64,000 nt of DNA from a virus (taxonomy: Duplodnaviria; Caudoviricetes): the IMG/VR virus record IMGVR_UViG_3300020050_009209; one strand, written 5' to 3'. Shown here in pieces: positions 32,030-42,508 of this stretch (position 1 is the first letter of the stretch; every line of letters starts with the position of its first letter). The notes beneath the pieces were generated by a model. That model searched no databases, was not told the DNA's origin, and worked only from the letters and a program-made list of their open reading frames with translations. The position numbers were made by a program, and so were the translations under genes.

Positions 32030-32353
32030 CTACTTTTTAGAACCCAGATCAAAACCAAGCCTCAGTAGGTGCAACACGAGCCACTCTGCATCCGCCCATT
32101 GGACCTTGGTCTCGATAGCTGTAGGTTGAGGTGCGAGACCAACGCGAAGGTCTCCTACCTGTAAGTAGTTGTAGCTTCGATCCTCAGAGCGACGGACCAC
32201 TGCTGAGGCTACGTCCCGCAGGGGAAATGGTTCGTTTGGGGTTAGAAACGACTGGAGGCTCTTTAGAGCCTGGTCTCGTTCGGGGGAGGGCTCAGACCCT
32301 GGGGATCCCTCGGCAGTAAGGGTGGAGATGAGGATTTCTAGTTCTTTACGCAT
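32030..32353 (-). CDS. hypothetical protein
   Basis: GGTGTA 10 nt upstream. Confidence 0.55.
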   Translation of the reverse strand: MRKELEILISTLTAEGSPGSEPSPERDQALKSLQSFLTPNEPFPLRDVASAVVRRSEDRSYNYLQVGDLRVGLAPQPTAIETKVQWADAEWLVLHLLRLGFDLGSKK

Positions 32354-32406
32354 CCTAACCTTATACACCGGTTAAGTTTGCAGCGAGGCCTTACGTAAGG
32401 GTACAC

Positions 32407-32715
32407 ATGACCCCCCAAGACGAGCCTGAGTACGCTTCGGTTGAAGCTTTGGCAGAATTTCTTATGGACGACAATCGAGACAGTTTCTCAGTCGAGGATG
32501 TCATCAAGCTCGCGGAACGTACCCAAGGCTCCAACCTCAAGATCATTCACGAGTTGAAGGCCTACGGTCTGAAAATGGTAGCAAGGCAGCCAGTGAGGGT
32601 CGTTCGAGGCTTCAAGTCGAACTCCCATGATCGTTGGTCCGGTCCGGGCAGCTCTCCGTCTCATGGAGGTTCTGGGTGGGAGCAGATTATCGGGTTTGCG
32701 GGGCAGAAGGGCTGA
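32407..32715 (+). CDS. hypothetical protein
   Basis: Class I promoter at 32372-32397. Confidence 0.7.
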   Translation: MTPQDEPEYASVEALAEFLMDDNRDSFSVEDVIKLAERTQGSNLKIIHELKAYGLKMVARQPVRVVRGFKSNSHDRWSGPGSSPSHGGSGWEQIIGFAGQKG

Positions 32716-32975
32716 GTCACTTAGAGGTAGGAGTCTTCAAGATTTCCGAGTACAACTCCTGAAGACGCTCTCTCCTACCAACACGCTCTGGGTGCTTGGC
32801 TAGCTCCTCAGGGTCCGTTTGAAGAAAGTTGTAGATCTGCTCCCAGTACCGACCCTCTATTTGATTGAGGAGTGCTTGGATGGGGTCTGCGGGGTCTTCC
32901 AGGTCATTCTTAGTTTTCTCGTAGGTCGCCAAGTACAGGCGAATGAATTCTGGTGGAACTGGTGTAATCATAGAG

Positions 32976-33938
32976 GTGCTCCATCCTAACCCCAAGATGC
33001 TGTTACGCATAGCCCAAGGTGACGCCTTTGGTATGGCGTGTGAATTTCGAACCGACAACCTGAAGGCAGCCTTGGAGTTCGATCGGTATATCCGTCATCC
33101 TGAGTGGGGTCCGGAAGCAGGTCATTACACCGATGACACTCAGATGTCTATCGCAGTAGCCGAGAGCCTTATCCACCCACAAGGCCGTCGTCCTCCGAAA
33201 TACGCACGCCCTGAAGACCTAACAAAAGAGGCTTTTGCTGAGGCCTTCGTCCAAGCATACAAGAGAGACCCACGACCTGGGTATGCGGTAAAGTTCCAGG
33301 CCTTCCTAGACTCAGTAAGCTCTGGTGCCGAATTCCTCTTGAAGATAAACCCGGAGTCAGATAAGAACGGTGCCGCAATGCGCTCCGTTCCGCTTGGCGT
33401 TATCTTACACGAACCCAATCTACTAGAGGTAGCTGCAACGCAAGCGAGCCTGACTCACAACACAGAGGGAGGTATTACCTCTTCTCAGATGGTAGCCCTT
33501 GCATCTAGGTTCGCCTTGTACGAGAGTGCTCCACTCACGGAGATTTTCGATTACATTGGAGACTGGCTACACCTGAGCAACCTACGGTGGGAGGGTGGCC
33601 CTGTAGTAGGACCTAACCTGGGGATGCTCACTGCAAGGGCAGCTATTACCTTAGTAATTGGTGAACCTAACTTACTGAGTATTGCAAAGAAGGCTATTAG
33701 CTGGGGTGGAGACACTGACTCTGTGCTAGCTATCGCCTGGGGTATTGCTAGTGCTCGAAAGGACGGAGCGGAGCTTCCTGACTTCTTACATAGAGACCTA
33801 GAGAACGGACCTTACGGTCGAGACTACCTAACAGGGTTAGGTGAGAACTTGATGTGGTACTTCGCTCCACCTAGCTTTGAATTTGCTGCTGAATTTTACG
33901 TAGGCACGAACGCAGCCTTGCACCTCAAGAAGGACTGA
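32976..33938 (+). CDS. ADP-ribosylglycohydrolase (DraG/ARH family)
   Basis: GDAFG..E, YTDDTQM, NGAAMR..P, TH, GGDTDS. Confidence 0.92.
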   Translation: MLHPNPKMLLRIAQGDAFGMACEFRTDNLKAALEFDRYIRHPEWGPEAGHYTDDTQMSIAVAESLIHPQGRRPPKYARPEDLTKEAFAEAFVQAYKRDPRPGYAVKFQAFLDSVSSGAEFLLKINPESDKNGAAMRSVPLGVILHEPNLLEVAATQASLTHNTEGGITSSQMVALASRFALYESAPLTEIFDYIGDWLHLSNLRWEGGPVVGPNLGMLTARAAITLVIGEPNLLSIAKKAISWGGDTDSVLAIAWGIASARKDGAELPDFLHRDLENGPYGRDYLTGLGENLMWYFAPPSFEFAAEFYVGTNAALHLKKD

Positions 33939-33939
33939 A

Positions 33940-34545
33940 ATGAGTATACTTACCGGTAGCAAGATCAAGAGTGAAGTTGAGGCTGGTAACATCCGTATTA
34001 CCCCATACTCAGAGGACCAACTCAACCCAGCTAGCTATGACCTTACCCTTGGGGATGAGCTTAGGGTCTACAAGGATTGGGTAGGGTACAATGAGCACGC
34101 TAGCCACCCAAGGGCTGGTCAGGACATGTCCCCTTGCGCCAAGGTGTGTGACGTCAAGCAAGAGCTTGAAACGGTAAGTTTCCAGATCCCACCTACGGGA
34201 TGGGTACTAAGACCAGGTATCGGCTACCTCTTACATACAGTAGAGCAAGTGTGGACACGGAATTACGTGCCAATTGTAGATGGGAAGTCTTCGATTGGTA
34301 GGCTATTTGTCCTCATCCACTTCACGGCTGGATTCGGGGACCCAAACTTTGACGGTCAGTACACTCTAGAGGTGTCTGCTCTCCACCCAGTACGAATCTA
34401 CCCAGGTATGCGTATAGGTCAGATTCGATTCCATACGGTTGAAGGGGAGTTGGACCGCCCGTATGAAGGCAACTACAAGGAGGGTACCGCAAGGGGAGCT
34501 GTAGCCTCAAGGTCGTGGAATCAATTCCCTAAGAAAGATGACTAA
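33940..34545 (+). CDS. dcd: dCTP deaminase
   Basis: NPASYDLTL, GKSSIGRL, TAGFGDP.F.G..TLE, GMRIGQ. Confidence 0.93.
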   Translation: MSILTGSKIKSEVEAGNIRITPYSEDQLNPASYDLTLGDELRVYKDWVGYNEHASHPRAGQDMSPCAKVCDVKQELETVSFQIPPTGWVLRPGIGYLLHTVEQVWTRNYVPIVDGKSSIGRLFVLIHFTAGFGDPNFDGQYTLEVSALHPVRIYPGMRIGQIRFHTVEGELDRPYEGNYKEGTARGAVASRSWNQFPKKDD

Positions 34546-35074
34546 CATGCTCATGCCCAAGCGCTTGCCTATCCGATACTACCCAGATGCCATCCTCCAC
34601 CAGAAGTGTGCACCCGTAACCGAGGTTACGGAGAGCGTGAAGCAGCTAGCTTCCGACATGCTTCTTACGATGATGCAGTGTCGAGGGCTGGGGTTGGCTG
34701 CACCTCAAGTTGGGGTGCCTATTCGACTTTTCGTTGTTGACGTAGAGTGGCCAGATGGCGTAGAGAACTCCACCTCCTACATATTCATCAACCCTACTTT
34801 GAGGTTGCTTGAACCCACTGTAAAGTCTGTCGAGGGCTGCATCTCGTTCCCAGGAGAACGATTTGAGCTGACTCGTGCAAGTCGCATTGAGGTTGACGCG
34901 CTAGACCTCGATGGTAAGCCCTTCACTCTCGAAGCAGAAGGGCTCCTTGCTGTAGCTATCCAACACGAGTACGACCACCTAGAGGGAAAGACTGGAGCGG
35001 AAAGTCTTTCCTGGCTAAAGCGGAACCTACTACGTAAGAAGGTCGAGAAGCTTACTAAGTCTAACGTACGGTAG
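34538..35074 (+). CDS. def: peptide deformylase
   Basis: GLGLAAPQVG, EGCIS.P, QHEYDHLEG. Confidence 0.95.
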   Translation: MTNMLMPKRLPIRYYPDAILHQKCAPVTEVTESVKQLASDMLLTMMQCRGLGLAAPQVGVPIRLFVVDVEWPDGVENSTSYIFINPTLRLLEPTVKSVEGCISFPGERFELTRASRIEVDALDLDGKPFTLEAEGLLAVAIQHEYDHLEGKTGAESLSWLKRNLLRKKVEKLTKSNVR

Positions 35075-35103
35075 TATTACAGCGTATCGAACCAAGGACG
35101 CCC

Positions 35104-36231
35104 TCAGCCATCCTTGGTTCGATACTTACCATTAAGCATTTTGCTAATTACTGATTGGCTTACTTTATAGAGTTGTGCCATCTCTCTCTGTGTTAAACCT
35201 TTGGCTTGAAGGGCCTTCACCTCAGCTACATCCTGAGTGCTAAACTTAGGTTTATTTGGGTTACCACTACCCAACCAAGCTCTGGACTTGGCAAGACGGT
35301 TCTCTGGCTTTACCTCCCTACCAAACATAGGATTACCAGGACCTTTCCTAGCTTCGGAGAGTTGCCTCTTAAAGTCTTGAGACCTCTTGGATCCATAAGC
35401 CGGATGATCTGACCCACGAAGTCCAAACAAAGGGGCGTTCTCGCCTGAGTAAGCACCTTCAGCACTTCGAGTTTTGACTGTCGCGGCTCGCTTGGCTCTC
35501 GCCTCATCGGACAGAGTTATGCCATCCCCTCCAGGGGTTAGGTTGTACCCATACCCTCGCTCGTTAGAGCGGTACCTGGCAACCCATACTTTTTCTTGCT
35601 CATAGGCTTCTTTTTCGTTTTCACATATTTCCAGGGTTTCGTACATGAAGTTACCTTCTCCGTACTTTGCCATGGCGCTATGTACAAGGCTGAATGCTTT
35701 GTGGTCTGGGTGCTTAGACAACCAAACGTGCATACCCCATCGAGACGCGGGGTCTTTTGACTTACCGACGTACCGTTTACCGTTCACTTTGTTAGTGAGG
35801 CAATACACACTTGGCTGCACGTCAACTGGTTTCTCCCTGCCAATGATGGTTACGTTAGCGGAGCAAACCCCTAATCTAGCGTGAACTAGATCTATTGCCA
35901 CTTGTGGGTCGAAGTCCCCACAGGAGAAAACATCGAAGCTAAAGAACTTTTGGAGAGGCCAAGCATGAATGCTGATGTGGCTTTTACTAATGATGCAGGT
36001 TCCAGTAATGCCGCCCTCATCACGGAATACCCCTGTTGCCCTTGACTGACGCAACACCTCAGGGTCCATGGGAACCTCCACAAAGTTAGGACCCACTAGA
36101 ATATCCATGTCGAGAGCGGACACAAGATCAACAAACAGGTTGGCTAGTGTCTCCTTTGTGAATACAAGAGGGTCATTAACAAATGCGTCAATGAGGACGT
36201 GAACTCCCGCGCTCTCGATAACTCGACTCAT
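35104..36231 (-). CDS. SpeD-like pyruvoyl decarboxylase fused to a GIY-YIG/NUMOD3 homing endonuclease
   Basis: GGITG..IISKSHISIHAWP...DVFSCG, then VYCLTN..NGKRYVG...RW..H, GYNLTPGG and NPMFG repeats. Confidence 0.85.
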   Translation of the reverse strand: MSRVIESAGVHVLIDAFVNDPLVFTKETLANLFVDLVSALDMDILVGPNFVEVPMDPEVLRQSRATGVFRDEGGITGTCIISKSHISIHAWPLQKFFSFDVFSCGDFDPQVAIDLVHARLGVCSANVTIIGREKPVDVQPSVYCLTNKVNGKRYVGKSKDPASRWGMHVWLSKHPDHKAFSLVHSAMAKYGEGNFMYETLEICENEKEAYEQEKVWVARYRSNERGYGYNLTPGGDGITLSDEARAKRAATVKTRSAEGAYSGENAPLFGLRGSDHPAYGSKRSQDFKRQLSEARKGPGNPMFGREVKPENRLAKSRAWLGSGNPNKPKFSTQDVAEVKALQAKGLTQREMAQLYKVSQSVISKMLNGKYRTKDG

Positions 36232-36255
36232 TTCCTTTTTCCCTTCCTAGTAAAC

Positions 36256-37095
36256 TCAGAACTCTGTACCGAGAGTTGGAACCCAAAGGTCAGAGGTGTT
36301 TTCCCACGTAATGTAATCTGGAGTCAGTAGTGCGAACCCACCATCCCTCCAGTGCTTACCCCATGAATTTTTCACGAGGAAATTGCCGTCTACGTACCCT
36401 ACGATCATCATAGCGTGCCCACCTGCGGTAGCTCCCTTCGGGGGGTCTACGATCGAGGGTCCAAGGCGCTGCAAAAAAGGGTGGTCGACAAGGGTGCCGA
36501 AAACAACGGGGTGCTTTGCTTGCAGTGCCGACTTGATTGCCTCAAGTCGGTCATCTCCAGTCTCCCTGATTCGGTAGTAGGAGTGGATGCGATGACCTAC
36601 CGCCTGACGCATAGCCTTGATGCTAGGGGCCGTGTAGACCTTAGACTCGTCGTAAGCCCAAATGTTCTCGTCGCAGACTCCAAAGCGACTGAGCACCTCA
36701 AAGCAATTTCGGATGTAGGTCCCCTCATCCTTGTCAATGTCACCCTGGCCATCCCCGTCATCGTCCATCATCCCACGAGCTAGAGCGTAGATGAATAGAC
36801 GAGAGACCTGAATCGTAGGGCGAGGGCTTCGCTTCTCAGAGACAGCTAGGGTAGCCTCTCGGATAGCGTTAAGTAACTCAATGCTATCTGCTGTAGCGTT
36901 TCCCGCACAGGAGGACAGCCCGAACTGATTGGTCTCAGTGGTGAAGCTAGATAGGTCCACGTCCCCATCCGCCATCACTAGACTTGGCTTGAGGTTGGTG
37001 GTGAAGTCCAGGTCCTTAGCGAGCCAATCGAACTCGTTCCCATTCTCATCAATACCTACAGTAGGGTCTGGCTTATATCCGAATAGGGTGGTCAT
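36256..37095 (-). CDS. papain-like cysteine peptidase (C1)
   Basis: Q..LSSCAGNA, GGHAMMIVGY, VKNSWG..W.DGG. Confidence 0.92.
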   Translation of the reverse strand: MTTLFGYKPDPTVGIDENGNEFDWLAKDLDFTTNLKPSLVMADGDVDLSSFTTETNQFGLSSCAGNATADSIELLNAIREATLAVSEKRSPRPTIQVSRLFIYALARGMMDDDGDGQGDIDKDEGTYIRNCFEVLSRFGVCDENIWAYDESKVYTAPSIKAMRQAVGHRIHSYYRIRETGDDRLEAIKSALQAKHPVVFGTLVDHPFLQRLGPSIVDPPKGATAGGHAMMIVGYVDGNFLVKNSWGKHWRDGGFALLTPDYITWENTSDLWVPTLGTEF

Positions 37096-37097
37096 GC

Positions 37098-37517
37098 CTA
37101 AGTACCTCTGATAGAAGAGTTAGCGGTCTCAGTAGACACTACCGTAAGTTCCAGTGTTTTCGGCGGGGCTGGGACAACTGAGCCGGGGACCTCGATTGAG
37201 TGGTCCGTCACTAGCTGTATGCGACCCTCAGTGGTGCGTAGAGCGTCATAAATAGTCCTAGCAATACTCTCAGGGATCTTTGTACCCAGGGCAAAGGCTT
37301 TGACTCTAGTTAGCTTGATACCCCAAGATGGGGGTTCGGATTCGCAGATTCCGTCATAGTCTGGATTGAGACATTGAGTGCAAGTACAGTCCTCCTTTGC
37401 CCCCCATGCAAGGATCAGTTGCTGGGGTTGGTCTGCAAGCTCAACCTTACCTCCAGCTTTCGTGTAAGCTCTAACGTCACGTAACAACTCAAGAATATCC
37501 GTGTACATTGTCAACAT
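37098..37517 (-). CDS. hypothetical protein
   Basis: ORF. Confidence 0.55.
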   Translation of the reverse strand: MLTMYTDILELLRDVRAYTKAGGKVELADQPQQLILAWGAKEDCTCTQCLNPDYDGICESEPPSWGIKLTRVKAFALGTKIPESIARTIYDALRTTEGRIQLVTDHSIEVPGSVVPAPPKTLELTVVSTETANSSIRGT

Positions 37518-37576
37518 GGGGTTAGTATACTCTATGTTAGCTCAATACACAATCCTTTCATACCCTATCCAGGGTT

Positions 37577-37921
37577 ATGAGAACCCTACTAGCAGTGGCC
37601 ACCGCCCTAACTCTACTTGGCTGTCCCGGTCGAGAGGCGCCTGGTCCAAATCCCGTCACACCTCCGGATACGGATCTTTGCGGAAAGATGTGTAAACACC
37701 TTGGACCAAAGGTTGACGGGGGACTGGGATGCGAAGAAGGCATGCCAGTGTATGACTCCGACCGTCCAGGCCCCAAGGATGTCCCCAACATGAGTTGCGA
37801 GACCTTTTGCCGTACAGCTCAGGATCGTGGAGCCTTCCTTAACCCTCGATGCCTGACTCTCGTGAAGAGCTGTGAGGAAATCGAAATCGCAAGGAAGCGC
37901 AAACCTGAAACTTGTAATTAA
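37577..37921 (+). CDS. Cys-rich lipoprotein
   Basis: Signal peptide with lipobox LLGC; many Cys. Confidence 0.7.
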   Translation: MRTLLAVATALTLLGCPGREAPGPNPVTPPDTDLCGKMCKHLGPKVDGGLGCEEGMPVYDSDRPGPKDVPNMSCETFCRTAQDRGAFLNPRCLTLVKSCEEIEIARKRKPETCN

Positions 37922-38003
37922 GTCGCACACTTAGCTCTAGCTTAAGCTAGGTGTGGGTAAAGACTACCCATTTCAAAACTTCTACTTATACCCTACAAGG
38001 AGT

Positions 38004-38549
38004 ATGGCCTTCGACCATCTATTTGAAGGTATTGTTACGGCTCTGGTGTCAGGGGGTGGTACAGCTTCGTCCACAATCCTATTTTTCCGCGACTTGAAGT
38101 CTCGCGTGGAGGTTCTTGAGAAGCTTGTAGGGACAGCCGACCATAAGACTGGACTCAGTCACACCGTACACGAACTCTCTCAGAAACACGATAAGAGTGA
38201 AGATCAACACGACTCTATAGGTGGGCGAGTTGAACGTCTTGAGGCTCTATGCAGTAGAGTTGATCGTCTTGAAGGGGAGTCTTCCGCCAATAGGCGGAAG
38301 TCTTTCCCAGGGGGGGAGTCTCTGGAAGAGGCTCAAATTAGAGAGCTTAATCGTCGACTGAAGGACGCAGAAGAGACGATTACTCGACTTGAAGCTCGAC
38401 AGAAACGATATGTACTTGCGGATGATCTTGATGCGTCTGATCGTCAACGAGCTGACGAAATTGGACATCTCAAGAACACTCTCGCCCAAATGCATGGTTT
38501 GCTTCAGGGGCTGCAAACCGCACTTGGGTACCATCACTTGAAACGTTAA
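38004..38549 (+). CDS. membrane-anchored coiled-coil protein
   Basis: AGGAG SD; N-terminal hydrophobic segment. Confidence 0.65.
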   Translation: MAFDHLFEGIVTALVSGGGTASSTILFFRDLKSRVEVLEKLVGTADHKTGLSHTVHELSQKHDKSEDQHDSIGGRVERLEALCSRVDRLEGESSANRRKSFPGGESLEEAQIRELNRRLKDAEETITRLEARQKRYVLADDLDASDRQRADEIGHLKNTLAQMHGLLQGLQTALGYHHLKR

Positions 38550-38677
38550 CCAACACTGGAGATTAAGAATGTCAAGCCCGGAGCCCAAGCTATTTAAGCG
38601 TCAATCTCAACAGATGCGTGCAGTAAGAACAGAAGCCACGCATCTCGTAGAGGAGCTGACAGCGTTCCTTGAGCGAG

Positions 38678-38932
38678 CTAAGACTGAACCCCCTCCAGTT
38701 TACGTAGACAACGAGTATCAAGAGTACGGTAAGTCAGCCTAGGCACTGGCAACTCACTCTCAGTCATTGCATTGCGCCTACGGTGAAACGCGGACCATTT
38801 TGACGATGGGCCACCGCACTCGTCGCACTTGCAATACTTCCAGTAGTCACGCCCCTGATCCGACCTGCGGACCCAGTGATTCGTTCGCTTGGGTCGTCGA
38901 GCCGAGCGGCTCACCGCTATGTCGCTTTCCAA
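38678..38932 (-). CDS. hypothetical protein
   Basis: ORF with CKC..C. Confidence 0.45.
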   Translation of the reverse strand: MESDIAVSRSARRPKRTNHWVRRSDQGRDYWKYCKCDECGGPSSKWSAFHRRRNAMTESELPVPRLTYRTLDTRCLRKLEGVQS

Positions 38933-40638
38933 TACAAGACCGGTAGTGGAGTCTCCACGTCTTCAGGGGTACTTACAGCTGCGAGTACTGATCGGAAACT
39001 CTCCACCTGATCTCGACTCATGTCCACTTCAAGTACATAGTGGGCAAACACCTCAGCGAACGCCTCATCAATGTTACTAGCTCCGTAGGTGGAGACGGGT
39101 GCCACTGGAGCGGGGTTGTTCTCGTAGCTCTCAAGCCAAGCTTTTGTAGCAGGGTCGTTCTTTGCTTTTTGATGTGCTTGCTCGTTGTGAGCTACGACAG
39201 CTGAGTCTAGGTAAATGAGAGCTTCGGCCACCAGAGTATGTACCAAGACTAACGCCTCTGCTGTCCATGTGGCCTTCGTTTCGTCCGTAACCCCGTAGAA
39301 GTCATCTACGTGCTCGTGGAACTTTGCGCGAGTACGATAAGCCTCATCTTTCGCCTTATCTACCTCTGGGGTCGTATCGAACTCTGGGGTGGCTATTGCG
39401 TCAATAATCTCGTTACTGAATTGCCGACTCAGGTCTGTGAGTTTACTCTCATCCCCTAGTCCGCTGTACTTAGTTACAGCTTTTTCTAGGTTACTCCCCC
39501 ATGTGTCGATAGCCTTACGGTACGGTTGGATCATACTCTCACGTACCAGCTTAACCTCAACGGTTTTCGCAGGTCTTGATACCGTGTGAGTCTTCACTAG
39601 GGACTCGAACTTTGCTCGCTGAGAAGATCGCATTTGCTTAAACCAATATCGGTGCCCAAGCTCGTGTACGACAAGCTCAACGATAAAGGAGGATGGTCTA
39701 CTGAAGATTGAGACAGTGTCCTTCCCGATAACGTAGTGACCTCCAACCCCTCCCCCATTATTAGAGTTCACTCCTCCACAATCACTGCACTGGATGAACA
39801 CGGTACCGTACCAAGCCTTTGCGAACCCCTTAGCCTTCAACTTGTTGAAGGCTTCGTCCAAGTAGCGCACATACTTTTTGAGGTCATCTGGAAGAAGTGT
39901 ATTGTCATCTACGACAACTTTCATTCCGTACAGGTCAAACTCCCTGAACCCAGCAGGGGAATCCTCGATGGCCTTCTGAGAGTAGTTCGCCTCCAACATC
40001 ACGAGTATACGATCGACCCAGTCGGTAAAGTCCAACTCCAGTTTGGTTCGACTTAGAGCCTTCAAGGCTGACGCTTCAAAGTTGATGGACTCTAGGAACG
40101 CGTACTTACGATGGTACTGACCCTCATCCGTAAGGGCCTCCATTTGGCTATGGGTCGCAGCCTTCAAGGTCCTAGCTACAAGCCGATCGACCATCTTCTC
40201 GTCGATATACCAAGAGTACCTGAACAAGTACCCTAGAGTCTTGGCTGACGCTTTTATCTTGCTGAAGATAGCATTTATCGCGTACCACCTAAGGTAGTCC
40301 ACAGGGTCATTGAAGTTGACATAACTATGGCCCTTAGGTAGCTTCTGAGCTACCGCTTCAATGTAGCGTTTGATGGAATCCACTCGGTCTTTGATGGACT
40401 CCAACGCCTGAGCAGCTATGGACCCAGAGCCAACCTGCTTCCGAAAGTCATCTAGGAAGTCGTCAAAGAAGAAGATGAGCTTCTCGTCGATGATGTTCGG
40501 CCAGTCACTGATGTCATCCGACAGAGACTTTTGGAGGCGTTGCTTAAGGTCTTTGCTACGCTCCTTGAACCAGGATTGAGGTAGCATAGCCGCTACCTTG
40601 ACATAGTACCTAGTGGCAACTCGAAGGGTAATACTCAT
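38917..40638 (-). CDS. zincin-like metallopeptidase
   Basis: VVHELGH and distal STYG..NIDEAFAE. Confidence 0.75.
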   Translation of the reverse strand: MSITLRVATRYYVKVAAMLPQSWFKERSKDLKQRLQKSLSDDISDWPNIIDEKLIFFFDDFLDDFRKQVGSGSIAAQALESIKDRVDSIKRYIEAVAQKLPKGHSYVNFNDPVDYLRWYAINAIFSKIKASAKTLGYLFRYSWYIDEKMVDRLVARTLKAATHSQMEALTDEGQYHRKYAFLESINFEASALKALSRTKLELDFTDWVDRILVMLEANYSQKAIEDSPAGFREFDLYGMKVVVDDNTLLPDDLKKYVRYLDEAFNKLKAKGFAKAWYGTVFIQCSDCGGVNSNNGGGVGGHYVIGKDTVSIFSRPSSFIVELVVHELGHRYWFKQMRSSQRAKFESLVKTHTVSRPAKTVEVKLVRESMIQPYRKAIDTWGSNLEKAVTKYSGLGDESKLTDLSRQFSNEIIDAIATPEFDTTPEVDKAKDEAYRTRAKFHEHVDDFYGVTDETKATWTAEALVLVHTLVAEALIYLDSAVVAHNEQAHQKAKNDPATKAWLESYENNPAPVAPVSTYGASNIDEAFAEVFAHYVLEVDMSRDQVESFRSVLAAVSTPEDVETPLPVLYWKAT

Positions 40639-40661
40639 ACTGGTGGCACTCAACAAGAAGG

Positions 40662-41180
40662 TTAACCTCTCAACGGTAACCCCTCGGCTGCCAACTCTTC
40701 TTGGAGTAGTAACCTAAGCCTAGGTAGAACCTTCTCGACAAAGGACCAAGATTGCCCTTCGCGTTTGGACACGGGGATGTCAACCCAGTCCTGGTAGTCC
40801 AAGTCTAGATCCTCAGTCCAGCTGGTGAGACTATGCCAGTCCTCTACCGTGGAGCTTAGATCCCGAGCCTCCTCTATAAGCCTTGTAGTTATCTTCCCTG
40901 CCGCCAGCATAGCATCAAGCTTTAACTGTATGGCCTTTTGGGTAGCATCTACGTCCCAAACCCAAGCCTCTCGACCTTGAGTAATTTTTCCCCAGAAGGA
41001 GTCAGGAGCCGTACTACACAGGAACTGCCTAAAGTCCAATGGACCGATGTTGGTCCACATGTACGAATAGTTCCCCCAGTCGCTTACGGTGGAGAAGTAC
41101 CCGTCCTTCAGGTCCAATACAACGACAGCCCAACCCTCGCCATTGATCGAGGGGATGTTGTAACGACGAAAAGAGGTCAT
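40662..41180 (-). CDS. phage protein, paralog of 13161..13703
   Basis: Shared N-terminal motif. Confidence 0.75.
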   Translation of the reverse strand: MTSFRRYNIPSINGEGWAVVVLDLKDGYFSTVSDWGNYSYMWTNIGPLDFRQFLCSTAPDSFWGKITQGREAWVWDVDATQKAIQLKLDAMLAAGKITTRLIEEARDLSSTVEDWHSLTSWTEDLDLDYQDWVDIPVSKREGQSWSFVEKVLPRLRLLLQEELAAEGLPLRG

Positions 41181-41198
41181 CCTATGTAGGACACCAAG

Positions 41199-41402
41199 TC
41201 AGTGTGGGACTGCCAAGAATCTGCTCACGTATTGACAGCTATCGAAACAACCCCGTACAAAGAAGTGGGACTCGTGAACCTTAACTACATGAACTGCATT
41301 GCAAATCTTGAAGTGTCTAGAGCACTGGGGACAGAACCCTGTACGAGGGTGATCCTTAGGCTCCACTAGAGTTAAGGTATGCAAACACTGAGGACAATTC
41401 AC
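41199..41402 (-). CDS. small Zn-ribbon protein
   Basis: Two CPQC motifs. Confidence 0.5.
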   Translation of the reverse strand: MNCPQCLHTLTLVEPKDHPRTGFCPQCSRHFKICNAVHVVKVHESHFFVRGCFDSCQYVSRFLAVPH

Positions 41403-41413
41403 ACAAAACCTCG

Positions 41414-42508
41414 TTAACGTAGGAACATGGGAGGTGGTTTGGGGGCCTCACCCACCTGAGGTAGTTCCTGCTTTTCCCAACTATCAATCAGACCGTCGAG
41501 TAGTTTGATGTCCTTCTTCAAATCCGAGATAAGACCCGTGGTAGTTTGAATTCGATCCTTGACTCGGTCATCCCACTCTCGCTGACCTAGGTCCTCAAGC
41601 GTTAGCTTTCTCCCCTGCGTTGTGTACAACACAAGTACCCTGCCAGCTTGGAGGTCACGTAGAGAAGACTCGGAGTCCCGCACGGAGTCATGTAAGACTT
41701 TCACAAGGTGCTGCGTGCCTTTAGGGCTCAGCTCAAACGGCTGGTAGCCGACACCAAGACACCTACCCTGCACTTGCCCCCAACCTGGACGCTCATACCC
41801 GTGAAGGACTACGATGTAGTCCTCACCTTGACGTTTGAGCTTGATGTTCCTGAAGCAGCAAGGACACGTCCCAGTGTTCTCACGAGTGCGAGGCTTTGAC
41901 TCCTCACGCTCCCGCTCATACGTGCTCACTCCAAGTGCATTGGACACCTGAGTTAGGAAACTCGTACTCTCTCGCAACCACTTGCGAATCTCGTAGTATG
42001 GTATCTTCTTAGGATCCGAATACTGAACGTAGTAACTCCTACTTGGTAGTAGCTCAAAGACAGCGCCTTCAGGTGATGTAAATCGAAGCCCGTTTGCACC
42101 TACCCACTCAAGGAAGGAGTAGCCGGTTAGGTCGAAGTTAAAGCCCTCGGAGGTAGGAGCAGTTACATCCATCGTGTAATGCTTCATCGCTTGCGGGCTG
42201 GACGGTAGAGACCTTACCTCTAAGTCCTTAGTTAGCTCCCATCTTGCTTGAACCGTTAACGGATTAGAGTCGGTTTCCAGATTTGGAGCATTAGGATCTT
42301 GCGGGTACCCGTGTAGTTGAACCAAGCCGACGAAAGGCTCTACAGTCCAGCCTCCAAGGTACTGAAGAACTTCAAGTAGTTGCTTCATCGTAATGCTGGA
42401 GTCAGCTCCCTTACGGAGCTTGACAAGAAGCGCCTTTACCTTCTCCTCGCTAAGAGCGGCAGCGTAGCGGGAGACTACTCGACTTACAGTGACTTTTGAC
42501 TCTACCAT
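41414..42508 (-). CDS. hypothetical protein
   Basis: GTCPCCFR...HGY.RPG.G...G.C.G; N-terminal RVVSRY motif. Confidence 0.7.
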   Translation of the reverse strand: MVESKVTVSRVVSRYAAALSEEKVKALLVKLRKGADSSITMKQLLEVLQYLGGWTVEPFVGLVQLHGYPQDPNAPNLETDSNPLTVQARWELTKDLEVRSLPSSPQAMKHYTMDVTAPTSEGFNFDLTGYSFLEWVGANGLRFTSPEGAVFELLPSRSYYVQYSDPKKIPYYEIRKWLRESTSFLTQVSNALGVSTYEREREESKPRTRENTGTCPCCFRNIKLKRQGEDYIVVLHGYERPGWGQVQGRCLGVGYQPFELSPKGTQHLVKVLHDSVRDSESSLRDLQAGRVLVLYTTQGRKLTLEDLGQREWDDRVKDRIQTTTGLISDLKKDIKLLDGLIDSWEKQELPQVGEAPKPPPMFLR

